Below are positions 16,421 through 27,241 of a stretch of 64,000 nucleotides of DNA, piece by piece. Below the pieces are notes generated by a model. The model saw nothing but the letters and a program-made list of their open reading frames with translations, did no database searches and was not told the origin of the DNA. The position numbers and the translations under genes are program-made. The stretch covers positions 1-64,000 of IMG/VR virus record IMGVR_UViG_3300045996_003052; one strand, 5' to 3'. Positions within the stretch are counted from its first letter, which is position 1, and every line of letters begins with the position of its first letter. The stretch is from a virus.

Positions 16421-19400
16421 ATGGCAATCGTCTACTTTGAAGTCGAGCCGGAGAGATTAAAGGAAACCGAGGAGTTCGTAGAGAAACGAGGAGGTAAGCT
16501 GTACCACAGCAGCAAGGTCCCGGTGACCCTGGCTACCCAGTCAGACGAGGCCCTCGAAACCATCCTGTCCGATCTCGGGTTCACCCACGAGGACCTGGAG
16601 GACGGTAGGGTCGAGCGGTATAAAACCGGTGAAGAGCGCCTCCTCGAGGAACTTAACGCCGACGACCCCGACAACGAGGTGTCCTACATGCAGGCCAGGC
16701 TCCTGGCCATCAGCCAAAAGCTTGGCGAGTGGCGCGAGTCCGCCAAGCGCCTCGAGAAGCTCGGTGACCCCCTCTCGCCTAAGGACGTCGCGAAGATCGA
16801 GTCCATCGACACACACGCCCTTCAGCTACGCGAGGAGCTTAGCGGGTTGTTTACTTGGAACGGCAACTTCGCAAGGAGGTAAAGCATGGCAACAGACAAG
16901 CAGCGCGAGGTCGCCCGTAAGCTCCTCGAGGAAGACCTCCAGGATTTTGGCGGGTACATCTGTCTCGATGAAGACTGTGAACGTACCGTTCACGTCACGG
17001 TAAGGTGCACGGCCAAGGAGTTCATGGAGTTCTGCGACCAACTAATCAAGGGGTTCCCTGAATTTACTGACGAGTTACTTCCCTGTGACGACAACAACTT
17101 CTGGGGCTGGACGGTCGAAGACATCTGCGAAAACCTATTCGAACTCCACCCCGAACAGGCCGCTAAACTCTATCCCGAAGCACTGTAGAGGAGGAAAACA
17201 TGGCAAAGCGTATGTTCAACGTAAGCGTCGACATCGAAATCGACACGGAGACAGAAAACACGGGAGCGGATCTTGCCGCCAACGTTATCGCGCTCGGGCT
17301 CGATAACGCGATAGGCGGTGCCAATGGAGTTCTGGGGTACGACCTCGAGGTCATGTGGGTCTACTCAGACCCCCACGGTGAGGATGAGGAAGGCGGCCAC
17401 GAGCCAGAAAGAGTGGTGACGCGTGTCAGCTACTAACAAGATCACCTGGCCAGCCTACAAGATCACCGAGACGCGGTCCGTCAACGTGCCGAGCTACCAA
17501 GGGCTCGCGTGCGAGGACTGCGACGGAAACTCGGGCCGCTGGCGTACCTACAACATCGCGGACCTAATCTTTGACAGTCCTGGTAGAACTTACCGGGTCT
17601 GTCAAGAGTGCGCGTGGGTTAACCACGGCGTCCTGGTCGCGCCGGTCTACAACGAGGAGGTTCTATGACTGCGGAACAAAAGGCGAAGGTTCGAGAACTT
17701 GCCGCGCGGCACAACCAACACCCCCAAAAGGGGGTCGGTATTAATGTCCAGGTAACGTGTCAGGTACACTCCGCCGTCTTATTCTTCGGTCTGTCTGAGG
17801 CAGACCTAATGGGTCTGACGGACGAGGAGTTCAACCAACTGTGCTTTGAGACGGCCCAGGACCCATATACCCAGGTCTGTGAGGGGACGTTGGACATGAA
17901 GCACGACGCCGAGTTCGTCAACCGGCGAGATTACGACGAGGAGGAATATTGATGCTTGAAGTCCCGGATTACCCCAACCAGGTCGACTGCGACGATTGCG
18001 GCGACCCCATCATCACCCGGTCGGAGACGGACTCCGACATCTACGCCGACGACAGCACAGACACGCTGTGTCGCCGGTGCTACGTTGAAAACTACCTGCA
18101 GCGCATCATGGAGGCCGTGTACGTGCTGCGGGAGATTGACGTCGACACTATCCCGCTGCAGTCAGCGGTCGGGAACGTGCGCGACGAGGAGGACATCCGC
18201 TCATGATCACTAGTAAGTCAGTTCGTGTTAGTGGCAAGGGCCAGACGGTCAACTTCGTGGAAAGTCTTTGGTACCAGGACAGTACCGACGCCGTCCACGT
18301 CCTTCGCGTTAAAATCCACAACGACAGCTACCGTGACCAGTCGTGGGGCAAGGTAGAGCGGTGGGACGGCACGCAGTGGCACGAGGTCGCGTCCATCAAC
18401 GGCGCGGAATTTAGCATGGAGCTTGGTATCGGTTACAAGCCGCGAACTATCACCGCCGCCGACTTTTGGCAGGACCGCGACCACCTGCTGCAGCTCGCCC
18501 AGGAGGTGCTGCTAGGATGACAGTCACGTTGATTACCAAAGACGGTAACGCCGTCGTCTACAACCACGTCGTCGCGATCGAACACGACGATCGGACCATT
18601 ACAGTAACGCTGCCACGCGGTGTCTTCCACGTAGCGCCGCGTCAGTTCTATGAGGATACGTACTATGTGGACTAAGGAGGACTTCTAATGGCGAACCTAT
18701 ATAAGGCCGACGGCACGGTGTCCGTCGTGACCCCCTCAAAGGGGTCGCGATGGACGCTTGGTGAGCTCCAGGGACACGTTGGTGGGTGCATCGAGCTGAT
18801 GCCCGGCCTGCGAAAAGTCCGCGTCATTATGAACCAGGAGGCCGCCCTCCGTGGACTGCCGGTCAACCGGCGAGCCACGGACCTCGTTTTGGAGCTCTTA
18901 GCCACCACCCCGGCACCGCTGAGGTACGTGCCGGTAATTCGCGGCGACGTCCTGGTGCTCACGCCAGGGGAGAGGATGTAGGTTCGTGATACAAACAAAC
19001 CTGCTTGGCCGGTACGTCATCGATGCAGGCGAAAGTGATAGGGCTCCCAGGCACGAGGTCGTTGGTGTTTTCATCGAGGACGGTGTACCGGTGCTGATAC
19101 TTATGACTTCTAACGGGTACCTAATGACGGAAATCGCTAGCCGGAATCGCGTGGTTCCGCTGCGGGAGGTGACGGGTGAAGAGCAGAGATGAAGACCACC
19201 CACGTCGCACTGACCTACTTCAGGAAGACCGGCAAGTACTACGCCGGTGGCGAAATCGACTTACCGTACAATGTCGATAAGCCGTTGATGTTCCACGAGA
19301 CGCTTCAGCAGGTCGTAGACCTGCTGAACAGCGGGCAACGCCCAGGCCTAGTTGACGGCATGGGCTTCGACGTTTTGGTCACGGTCTATACTGAGTATGG

Positions 19401-19757
19401 CCCGCTACCGCACCTCTTTGTCCGGGACGTCGACGGGTACGTCGGCCAGCGGTCGCTACGTGTCAAGGAGGAGGACCCAGGATGAAGACCATCTTCAAAT
19501 ACGAGTTCAATATCACGGACGAGTTTTTCTTGACACTGCCTAAGGACGCCATAGTATTAACCGTGCAAACGCAACGCAATGTTCCGGTACTTTGGGCGCT
19601 GGTCGATCCCGAAGCGCCGACAGAGAACCGGTACTTCGCGCTTAGAGGGACCGGGCACAATGCGGACGACTTGGAAGAGAACAAGGACGCCCACTACGTG
19701 GGTACGTTCCAAATGCAAGGTGGCGCGCTCGTCTTTCACCTATTCGAGCGGTATTAA
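16421..19757 (+). other. Array of small coupled early genes (16421, 16886, 17200, 17423, 17665, 17949, 18203, 18688, 18986, 19189, 19482)
   Basis: Successive short plus-strand ORFs with GGAGG SDs or stop/start overlaps, mostly acidic; typical phage host-takeover region. Confidence 0.75.
18688..18981 (+). CDS. DUF3846-like phage protein
   Basis: TLGELQGHVGGCIE...LPVNRRAT...IRGDVLV pattern. Confidence 0.6.
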   Translation: MANLYKADGTVSVVTPSKGSRWTLGELQGHVGGCIELMPGLRKVRVIMNQEAALRGLPVNRRATDLVLELLATTPAPLRYVPVIRGDVLVLTPGERM

Positions 19758-19762
19758 AGTTC

Positions 19763-19831
19763 CATTGTGTCCCGTCCGTTAGGGGACGGGGCACAATGTT
19801 ATTTACTTTCGCGCCCCGTATGTTATATAAT
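19763..19831 (+). promoter_or_regulatory. Hairpin plus early promoter
   Basis: CATTGTGTCCCGTCC...GGACGGGGCACAATG hairpin, then TTTACT-N18-TATAAT. Confidence 0.7.
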
Positions 19832-20112
19832 TACTATAGGAGGTGAAAACGTGGCACAGAAGTGTAGGACCGAAGAGATTACCCGCAGGATGGTCACCGA
19901 CGACTTCTCCTGGCCGCAGCTCGTCCTGCCGCTAAAGCGGTGGACCCACGACCGCGTCGTGGAACACGCGTACCTATGTGACCCAGTTCCTTTGGGTCAC
20001 AAAGTCATGATCTACGTCGGGAACATGTGGGCGCCCAACCCCAAGAAGGACCCGGCGATCTTGTACGACAGCGTGGACGCCTTCATTGAGGCCGGCTGGG
20101 AGGTGGACTGAC

Positions 20113-20961
20113 ATGCCGGCTCACTGGCTCCCACAGCCGGAAACCTCGGCGCAGCTCCTCGCCCGACTCGTCCACCATGGTGGGCGTGTACTAGTCGTCG
20201 GCGGCGGCACGGAGAACTTGCCCGACGTCTACACCCGCCACCCGCAACTCGTCTTTTGGGATGATGAGTCCCAGACTCATCATCACAAAGAGGTACCGGC
20301 TAACGTCAAGGCGATCCTCTGGAACCGCTGGATTTCGCACTCGACCGTCGCGCGCCTCAATGACGTCGTCAACAGGCGCCGCCTGTTGAAGTTCCCAATG
20401 CTTCGGACCGCGGAAATCAAGGAACTACTTAAGGAAATCGTCTACTTACAGCCGACGGTGTCGGCTGCAAAGGAGGTACGCGTGGTAGAACAAGAACATG
20501 AGGTCGTGGAACGTCCGGCACCAAAACAGCGGCTCGGGTCGCTAAAGGACTTCGTCCGCCAAAACTACGACAGATCGCGCGACTACTCGCAGGTTGGTGA
20601 GAAGACGAAGGAGTCTGACCGCCTACTTCCCCTCGTAGCGGCCGCGGGGCTCACGACCACGCCAGCTTCCCTGGCTGAATGCGTCCGGATGGTCATCAAA
20701 GAGTCCGGCGCGCCGCTGCCTCGGTCCTCGTCAACCCCTAAGGCGCCAGCGACGGTCGCTAAGCGAGTTGTTCGGACACGCCAGACACCGTCGCCCAAGG
20801 CGGCGGGGTCTGACGACTTCGAGCAGCTTGATAAGCTCATCGACGACGCCATCACAGCGCTCAAGCTGGTGCAGGAACACATGCCGCGCGTTCGGTTGGA
20901 AACCGAACGCTTACGGGACCTCAAGACCAAGGTCATCGCGATGTTGCAGGGAGGTGGCTAA
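20113..20961 (+). CDS. Hypothetical protein with N-terminal alpha/beta domain and C-terminal coiled coil
   Basis: GGAGG SD before ATG 20113. Confidence 0.6.
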   Translation: MPAHWLPQPETSAQLLARLVHHGGRVLVVGGGTENLPDVYTRHPQLVFWDDESQTHHHKEVPANVKAILWNRWISHSTVARLNDVVNRRRLLKFPMLRTAEIKELLKEIVYLQPTVSAAKEVRVVEQEHEVVERPAPKQRLGSLKDFVRQNYDRSRDYSQVGEKTKESDRLLPLVAAAGLTTTPASLAECVRMVIKESGAPLPRSSSTPKAPATVAKRVVRTRQTPSPKAAGSDDFEQLDKLIDDAITALKLVQEHMPRVRLETERLRDLKTKVIAMLQGGG

Positions 20962-21503
20962 TGCGGCTACAGCTAAGGCGTCGGGAGTTTACGACCGCGT
21001 CCTCAGACCCCACGGTCGTCGTCGAGTACGAGGACAGAGCCGTCCACGTCAAAATCACCGAGTTCCAAAACGTGTACCGCACCGAGCCTACGGACCCACG
21101 GGCACCTGGTTGTGGCGAACTTGTTCAAGCACTCGGCGAGACGCTGCACCGGACGCTGGAGGAGCTGCACTGTAGCCATTTCGATGAATCTCATCGAAAT
21201 GACTACGTGGAGCACCTAGAGCAACAGCTCCGTGAAATTCGCCACCGCGCGGTCTGCGAACTCCTAGCTGACCGCGGCCTAGTCGCGAGCTACGAGTACC
21301 CCGGGTACGTCCACGTGTCCAAAGACACGGGGGCGTACTGGGCGTTTGGTATCAACCAGGAAGGCCAGGACGCCAGCGTCTGGACCGGGCAGCTGCACGA
21401 CTCGATGGGTGACGTCGTGGGGCTATTTGAGCGTCAGTTTCCTGACGCCAACGACGTTAAGGCGATCGCCGACGCCCTCGCGGAGGAGGTGAGAAAGTCA
21501 TGA
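20961..21503 (+). CDS. Hypothetical protein
   Basis: TAATG coupling. Confidence 0.65.
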   Translation: MRLQLRRREFTTASSDPTVVVEYEDRAVHVKITEFQNVYRTEPTDPRAPGCGELVQALGETLHRTLEELHCSHFDESHRNDYVEHLEQQLREIRHRAVCELLADRGLVASYEYPGYVHVSKDTGAYWAFGINQEGQDASVWTGQLHDSMGDVVGLFERQFPDANDVKAIADALAEEVRKS

Positions 21504-21838
21504 AGCTCTGGACCTACGAAGTAAGGGCGGTGAATCCAGAAGAGCGGGATGACGACGGGCTGTGGTGGCCGCGTAAGGTGTGGGGTACGAAGGAGGAGGC
21601 TCGGGCTGCCGCTGACCAATACTCACGGTCGGAGTGGGAGGGGAATCGAGACCTAGAGGGGGAGCTTCCAGGTCTCGAGGACTTTAAGCCGCTAGTTTGG
21701 TCTTTAGCTATTAATGAACCAAATGGTGATGAATTTGCGGAAGACGAATACAACGGCGACGAGTTCACGCTAGTCGTCGTTGCCTGGGAGCCCCAGGCAA
21801 TTATCGTAAAGGGGTACAATGATCACGAAAATGCGTAG
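21500..21838 (+). CDS. Acidic hypothetical protein
   Basis: ATGA overlap and SD. Confidence 0.65.
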   Translation: MKLWTYEVRAVNPEERDDDGLWWPRKVWGTKEEARAAADQYSRSEWEGNRDLEGELPGLEDFKPLVWSLAINEPNGDEFAEDEYNGDEFTLVVVAWEPQAIIVKGYNDHENA

Positions 21839-22025
21839 TGTCTCCGTGCCCGCTGCCAGGGACACTCTCTGGCAGCAGGCGCAAGTCCTCGCGCGTCGGC
21901 GCGGGATCTCTATGTCTAAGTTCGTCCTCGACTGCGTCGAGAAAGAAGTAAAGCGCGCGGAAATCCCCGACGCCTACCTACTAGAGCCGGACGACGAGGA
22001 CTTGGAGCCGGAAAGTGTCGACTGA
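21819..22025 (+). CDS. Ribbon-helix-helix-like DNA-binding protein
   Basis: RSVSVP...LWQQAQVLARRRGISMSKFV pattern. Confidence 0.55.
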   Translation: MITKMRSVSVPAARDTLWQQAQVLARRRGISMSKFVLDCVEKEVKRAEIPDAYLLEPDDEDLEPESVD

Positions 22026-22026
22026 A

Positions 22027-22086
22027 ACAATGCGCCACGTTCGCGTTAAAAAGTAGTGTACTTCCGTGCCCCGGGAGTTATATAAT
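22027..22086 (+). promoter_or_regulatory. Early promoter
   Basis: ACAATG-N24-TGTACT-N18-TATAAT. Confidence 0.7.
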
Positions 22087-22455
22087 AGCTATAGGAGGTA
22101 AAAATCGGATGTCCATCAATGAAAAGCGGTTGACTGAGGTGCTTGATGCGTGGCAACGTCTACGCGATAAGGCCCATGATCGTAACCTCAACCTAATAGT
22201 TGGGGAGGTGGCGCTTCTCGTGTTGGCCGCGGCGGTACACGAGCTCGATGACTCATTGTCAGTATATTTACCGAATGCCGGCCGTGGCGATTAACGAGGA
22301 GGTTCCCAAGTCACCGGCCCACGATGAAGAGGCCGAAGGCCAGCCGGCGTGGCCGGCGGACTTCGACCAGTACGAGGTACCATACAACTACGACAACGAG
22401 CTACCTGATGGCGAGGAGCTCATCGAACGGCGGAAAGAGTGGGAGGGGGAGTAAC

Positions 22456-22950
22456 ATGGCAAATCAGGTAGAAGCGCTCCGGCAGGCTACGGCCTGCCTG
22501 GACGAGTACGAGCAAGAGCTTCGAAAGCGAATCGAGCGGCTAAAGGACTTCAAGGCACTTCAGCAGATCGTCGTCGAGCTACTTCAGCGGTTCCCAGAGC
22601 CAATGGCAGGGGACGAGTTCTACAACTCACCTGAGGTACGTACGAGTTTTAACCTGGATGCCGGTACCCACCAGGCACTTATGGTGAACCGCGACTGCAA
22701 GTCGATCCAAGAGGTCATAGAACCGCTACGCTTTCTACGAAAGCGGCTGGGAAAGTACGAGGTCACGGACGACCCCGACTTTAAGCGGCGGATCTACAAA
22801 TTCAACGTCGACGGCTGTGCCTTGGTCTTCCAGGCATTCTTTTGGGCTAGTGAGGACCAGCTTTGCAAGTACGTCCAGATCGGCGTCAAGGAGGAGCCGG
22901 TGTTTAAGCTGCGGTGTGCCGGCCAGGAGGTGACGGATGAGGTTTCCTGA
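22456..22950 (+). CDS. Hypothetical protein
   Basis: GGGGAG SD before ATG 22456. Confidence 0.6.
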   Translation: MANQVEALRQATACLDEYEQELRKRIERLKDFKALQQIVVELLQRFPEPMAGDEFYNSPEVRTSFNLDAGTHQALMVNRDCKSIQEVIEPLRFLRKRLGKYEVTDDPDFKRRIYKFNVDGCALVFQAFFWASEDQLCKYVQIGVKEEPVFKLRCAGQEVTDEVS

Positions 22951-23110
22951 CGGCTCAGCCGTGCGGCGAGGTGCTGGGCTACGACAACGGGGTCTACCTA
23001 GTCAGCATCTTTGAGGAGTACCGCGAGGCGGATGACGTGGACGGCCTCGTGGAGGTGCCGCCTGAACAGCTTGAACTGCTTGACGAGGAAGACTTCGCAG
23101 ACTGGAGTGA

Positions 23111-23491
23111 ATGATGAAACCAACTCGTGAACAAGTACAACAGTTCGTCGACGACGCGGCGGCCGACGGCTGGCAGGTTAAGGCGATATACCGTAACGAT
23201 TTGGGTGACATAAAGCTGTCGAGGGATGGCTTCATCGTACACGCGTATCTCGATCCAAATCGTTTGGATTCTCGCACACCGCAGCTCTCGGCCTGGGGCC
23301 CGGACGGCCTGGCGATTTCCCCCGTGCCGATGCCATACAGCATGACAAGGTTTCTAGAAACCTTGACGTATTGCAGCCACTGTGGTGCCAAAGGCGTCGA
23401 GACCTTCAGGTACAGTTTCGCCGGCCGGGCTTGCTCTCAATGTTTACCGGCACTGAAGGCGGAGCACGAGAAGCCGGGGTGGACTAACTAA
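23111..23491 (+). CDS. Hypothetical protein with C-terminal Zn ribbon
   Basis: CSHC...CSQC. Confidence 0.6.
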   Translation: MMKPTREQVQQFVDDAAADGWQVKAIYRNDLGDIKLSRDGFIVHAYLDPNRLDSRTPQLSAWGPDGLAISPVPMPYSMTRFLETLTYCSHCGAKGVETFRYSFAGRACSQCLPALKAEHEKPGWTN

Positions 23492-23493
23492 TT

Positions 23494-23802
23494 ATGAAAC
23501 CAATAAATGAGTGCAAGACCGTCCGCGAGCTGCTCGCTGGCGAATCTCGCTGGACGACTCGGTACTACGCGCGGGACAACGGCGGCTACGGTATCTTTCC
23601 AAAAAGCACACACGCCGTATGTTTCTGCCTCTCTGGGGCAGTCCTTCGAATTTATGGTGAAGGCGAGGCGGCCTACGCCGTTAACGACCGTTTACTGGTG
23701 GCCATCCACAAACGTACACGTGAGGCTATAGGGGTCGCGACGTTTAATGATGTACACGGCTACAAGGCCGTCATGGCGGTGGTCAAGGAGGCCGGCGTTT
23801 AA
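23494..23802 (+). CDS. Conserved phage hypothetical protein (DUF6197-like)
   Basis: W...YAR...AVCFCLSGA...FND pattern. Confidence 0.55.
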   Translation: MKPINECKTVRELLAGESRWTTRYYARDNGGYGIFPKSTHAVCFCLSGAVLRIYGEGEAAYAVNDRLLVAIHKRTREAIGVATFNDVHGYKAVMAVVKEAGV

Positions 23803-23825
23803 TGGCCACGCCTATGTTCCTTAGG

Positions 23826-23849
23826 TATGCCTAGGGATCCCTAGGCATA
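23826..23849. repeat. Perfect 24-bp palindrome
   Basis: TATGCCTAGGGATCCCTAGGCATA, intergenic. Confidence 0.8.
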
Positions 23850-23928
23850 ACCAAGTGAATACAAAGGCATGGTACGTGATAGTAACGATAACGTACCCGC
23901 TTAATTTCAAAGGGGAGGTGTAGGGCAT

Positions 23929-24606
23929 ATGGGCTGTGACATCCACATTGCGATTCAACGCCAAGAAGGCGACGGTACGTGGCGCGAGGTCATCTACCAA
24001 GACGAACTGTATGATTTTCAGAAAGAGCAGGGAGATAAGCCAGTTGACGGAATTCCCGTCGCGCCTCGGGTATTCCACGGGCGTAACTACGACCTGTTTG
24101 CTATCCTCGCCAATGTCCGCAACGGTCGAGGTTTTGCCGGCATTAAGACGGGCGACGGTTGGCCGTCTATCGCGTCGGACCGGGGCTGGCCAAGCGACTT
24201 CATCGAGCCGGCGCCCAACCCAGCGTACCTAGAGGACGGGCCGCGGTACATGGGCGACCACTCGTTCACTTGGATCTCCCTTGACGAACTGAAGGCGTTT
24301 GACTGGGACGGGAACACGTCAACGCTTTGTGGCGTCGTTTCAGCAAAAGAGTATGAAAAGTTGAAGGGGGAGCCGCCAGAGTCGTATTGTGCCGGGGTCG
24401 ATGGTCCTGGAATCTTTACGTACACTGAAAGTCAGTACCTTAACGCGAAGCTACACGGTGCGCTAGCTCCCAAGCCGCACGTTAGGGTCGAGTGGCAAGA
24501 GTCGGCACGGTCAGCGACGTACGACTGGCCTGGCAAGGTTATCCCGTGGCTTGAACAGCTCGCCGGCGGCCGTCCGCTCCGGCTTATCCTGGGGTTTGAC
24601 AGCTAA
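23929..24606 (+). CDS. Conserved phage hypothetical protein ('MGCDIH' family)
   Basis: MGCDIH...RNYDLFAILANVRN...DHSFTW...RLILGFDS. Confidence 0.7.
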   Translation: MGCDIHIAIQRQEGDGTWREVIYQDELYDFQKEQGDKPVDGIPVAPRVFHGRNYDLFAILANVRNGRGFAGIKTGDGWPSIASDRGWPSDFIEPAPNPAYLEDGPRYMGDHSFTWISLDELKAFDWDGNTSTLCGVVSAKEYEKLKGEPPESYCAGVDGPGIFTYTESQYLNAKLHGALAPKPHVRVEWQESARSATYDWPGKVIPWLEQLAGGRPLRLILGFDS

Positions 24607-24826
24607 TGGTAAAGAAAGAATCAATTAGGGTACCACGAATGCTTCGGGTAGAGAGCATTATCTTTAAGCGTTCTCAAAAAAGCCCGGAGGAGGCCGGCCT
24701 CCTGATTAATGAGGGAGAGGGTCCGATCATCGACATGTTGGGGAAGGTGGTTCCTGCGCCAATTTGGAGCTGGAATCCTGACCACGAATTTACCTTCATC
24801 TACCGCCCACAGGACAGGAGGTTCAA

Positions 24827-25033
24827 ATGACTACAAATGAAGTGAATAGGCCCACGGTGAAGCTCATCGGTGCCGACGGCAACGTCTTCAACATCCTCGG
24901 CCTCTGTATGAGGGCCGCCAGGAAGGCTGGGTGGCCAAAAAAGCGGGTCGACGAGTTCGTCGGCCGCTGTACCAGCTCCGGCAGCTACGACGCGGTCCTC
25001 GGCATCGTCATGGAAGAATTCGAGGTCGAGTAA
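24827..25033 (+). CDS. Conserved small phage protein
   Basis: KLIGADGNVFNILG motif; AGGAGG SD. Confidence 0.65.
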   Translation: MTTNEVNRPTVKLIGADGNVFNILGLCMRAARKAGWPKKRVDEFVGRCTSSGSYDAVLGIVMEEFEVE

Positions 25034-25041
25034 GCGTCGAA

Positions 25042-25100
25042 ACAATGTGCAGCGATCAGGACAAAAAGTATTGTACATCAGAGCAAATTTAAGATACAAT
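25042..25100 (+). promoter_or_regulatory. Early promoter
   Basis: ACAATG-N24-TGTACA-N17-TACAAT; leader hairpin TTGACCACA/TGTGGTCAA. Confidence 0.7.
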
Positions 25101-25160
25101 AGTTCTTGAAGATTGAGCTTGACCACAATTTTTGTGGTCAACAACAAGGAGGGTAGAAAA

Positions 25161-25757
25161 ATGGCAACAGTAAGACGGTACAGCGTTCACAAGGTGCCCG
25201 AAGACAAGGTGTTCAAGGGGCAGCCGAAGGTCATCATGGACCACCTGGCGAAGCACCCGCGGTCAACCGTGGCCGAGATGGCGAAGGTCCTAACCTTCGA
25301 GGGGTCGCGGCAGGCGCCGGAACGTGTCATCGCGTTCTACATGACGACCTTCAAGAAGACCGGCCTCGTCAAGGCCGAGGAAGAGGTCGTCGAGGACACA
25401 GCCGGTAAGGCCGCGGAGGCCGACTCTGGCGAGGAGGACGAGGCCGACGAGGACGAACAGGATGAAAACGGCGAGATCAACGAAGAGAGGCTACCCGTTG
25501 AGGAACGGGTAGCCTACCACGAGGAACTCTCTGCCGCCGAGCCGTCGCCTGGGGGCAAGTACGACGGCCTCAAGATGACCGAGGCAGTTTTACGGGTCCT
25601 TAAGTCCCGGAAAACTGCCAACGCGGAGGACATCGCCAAGTACCTAGTAGAAAACGGGTACCAGGCGCAGCCGAAGCAGGTCACCGGCGCGCTCATCAAC
25701 CTCATCAAGCAGGGGGTCGCGAAGAAAGGCGATCTCAATACCTACTCCCTCAAGTAG
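25161..25757 (+). CDS. Tandem winged-helix protein with acidic linker, paralog family member 2
   Basis: AAGGAGG SD; KGQPKVIMD...RQAPERVIAFY...FKKTGLV, then a second wHTH-like domain. Confidence 0.75.
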   Translation: MATVRRYSVHKVPEDKVFKGQPKVIMDHLAKHPRSTVAEMAKVLTFEGSRQAPERVIAFYMTTFKKTGLVKAEEEVVEDTAGKAAEADSGEEDEADEDEQDENGEINEERLPVEERVAYHEELSAAEPSPGGKYDGLKMTEAVLRVLKSRKTANAEDIAKYLVENGYQAQPKQVTGALINLIKQGVAKKGDLNTYSLK

Positions 25758-26000
25758 GTAGCCATGGCGAGGCGCTCTTGGCGAAATTTTTTGGAGCCGG
25801 CGGCTCCAAAGAAGCCCGAAAAACACGGACCGTATTCCGTTCTTCCGGCGCATCCCGGAAGGACGGAACGCGCTGCGGACATCTACGCAAACCACGCGAG
25901 GCTGGAGGAGGCCGCAGCTCAACTGCGGCTCTCCTCCGACCTCTATTGTCTCCAAGCGGCTACCCTGGTCGAAGCGGCCCTCGAGGTCTTGCAAGAGGGT

Positions 26001-26393
26001 CTAGTTAACTTGTGCGGCAAAAAGCCGAAAAACAAGCCAAATGACCCAACAGACTAACGCAAAGACGAGAATGTTGGCTGCGCAAACGAGTTGGTATAAC
26101 GCCTCGAGCATGAGCCGCTCGTTGGGGTACTTGTTGCCAGCAATTGCGGTGCGGAGGCGAGACGTTAGCGGGTCCTTCATGATAACGGATAGTACTACGA
26201 ATAATTCGGGTTGTACACCTTCGTTGACTAATGTCTTAGGGACATTAGTCAACGATGCTCCTAAGCGCAACGCAAAGCCATCGGGCGCAAGCGGGCCGTG
26301 GGTGTCTAATGGTAGCCTATGGTCAAAATTACCTTCGTTGCCTAGCGCCAGCGGCTCTGCTTTAAGTCGGTCGAGGCCCAATGTATGAGACAT
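26001..26393 (-). CDS. Hypothetical protein on the opposite strand
   Basis: 130-aa ORF with hydrophobic C-terminus; the overlapping plus-strand ORF is Ser-rich and shadow-like. Confidence 0.4.
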   Translation of the reverse strand: MSHTLGLDRLKAEPLALGNEGNFDHRLPLDTHGPLAPDGFALRLGASLTNVPKTLVNEGVQPELFVVLSVIMKDPLTSRLRTAIAGNKYPNERLMLEALYQLVCAANILVFALVCWVIWLVFRLFAAQVN

Positions 26394-26449
26394 TGTGCCT
26401 CGAGCGGGTTAAAAAGAGGTATACTTCTGGGCAAAACGGGTGTTATAAT
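26389..26449 (+). promoter_or_regulatory. Early promoter
   Basis: ACATTG-N24-TATACT-N18-TATAAT. Confidence 0.65.
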
Positions 26450-26456
26450 TATTTTT

Positions 26457-26553
26457 GTGGGTGAATATCTGCTATCGGTTGACCGTGCTTGGGTTTCCGC
26501 CATGTTATCCTTGGAGCGCGTTGACCTTTTGTGGGGTTCACCCACCCTTTTTT
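26457..26553 (+). ncRNA. Candidate small RNA or attenuator leader
   Basis: Starts ~7 nt after the -10; 5' GTGGGTGAA pairs with 3' TTCACCCAC, followed by a T6 tract. Confidence 0.4.
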
Positions 26554-26567
26554 CTAAAAGGAGACAG

Positions 26568-26807
26568 ATGAGATTTCAAAATGGCGATCGGGTATTTGTC
26601 AAAGAGTGCGTTACGAAGGATAAAATCTGCCCTGCGCTTATCGGCACCGTCGTTCATGACTATGGGGAATGCGTTGAAGTCCGGTTAGACAGAGTGGTAA
26701 CGGATGTGCCGGGTGTTGGGGACGTTGTCCAATGGACGGACCCAGAAGATAAAGTTCAAGACTTTTTGCACGAATTCCTCGTGCCTATTGTTGGGGAGTC
26801 GAAGTGA
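26568..26807 (+). CDS. Small SH3/KOW-like protein
   Basis: AAGGAG SD; MRFQNGDRVFVK...GTVV...VEVRLD. Confidence 0.55.
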   Translation: MRFQNGDRVFVKECVTKDKICPALIGTVVHDYGECVEVRLDRVVTDVPGVGDVVQWTDPEDKVQDFLHEFLVPIVGESK

Positions 26808-27241
26808 ACTGCGCGAATTGCGGTAACTCCATCCCTGAAGCCCGGCAGCTAGCGCTGCCTGGCGAGACTTGGTGCCGCGACTGTGTCGAGGCAGATGGGG
26901 ACGTGGAGCGCGTCCGCGGTGCCATGACGTGGGAACACAAGACGGCACCGACGCTAGTCCTTGGCCACGCGGCGGACATCATCCGCGGGTATGACCGCCG
27001 CGGGTTCCACGCGGCGCTGCCCATGAACTCGCCCAACAACCCGCGCATGCAAGCCTCAGCTGCGAAGCAGCAAGACTTGAAGGATTTGCGGAGTATTATG
27101 CGGGAAGAAGAAACTCCCGCAAAGACTTATGACGACGTCCCTCGTGCCCGGTGCCACCCAGATCGTCCAAAAGTTGGGACTAGCGGCAAGTGCTACGAGT
27201 GCGCGGTCAAGTGGTATGAGGAGCGAGCTCGTGTCCGGTAA
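26804..27241 (+). CDS. TraR/DksA-type C4 zinc-finger protein
   Basis: CANCGNSIPEARQLALPG..WCRDC. Confidence 0.7.
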   Translation: MNCANCGNSIPEARQLALPGETWCRDCVEADGDVERVRGAMTWEHKTAPTLVLGHAADIIRGYDRRGFHAALPMNSPNNPRMQASAAKQQDLKDLRSIMREEETPAKTYDDVPRARCHPDRPKVGTSGKCYECAVKWYEERARVR

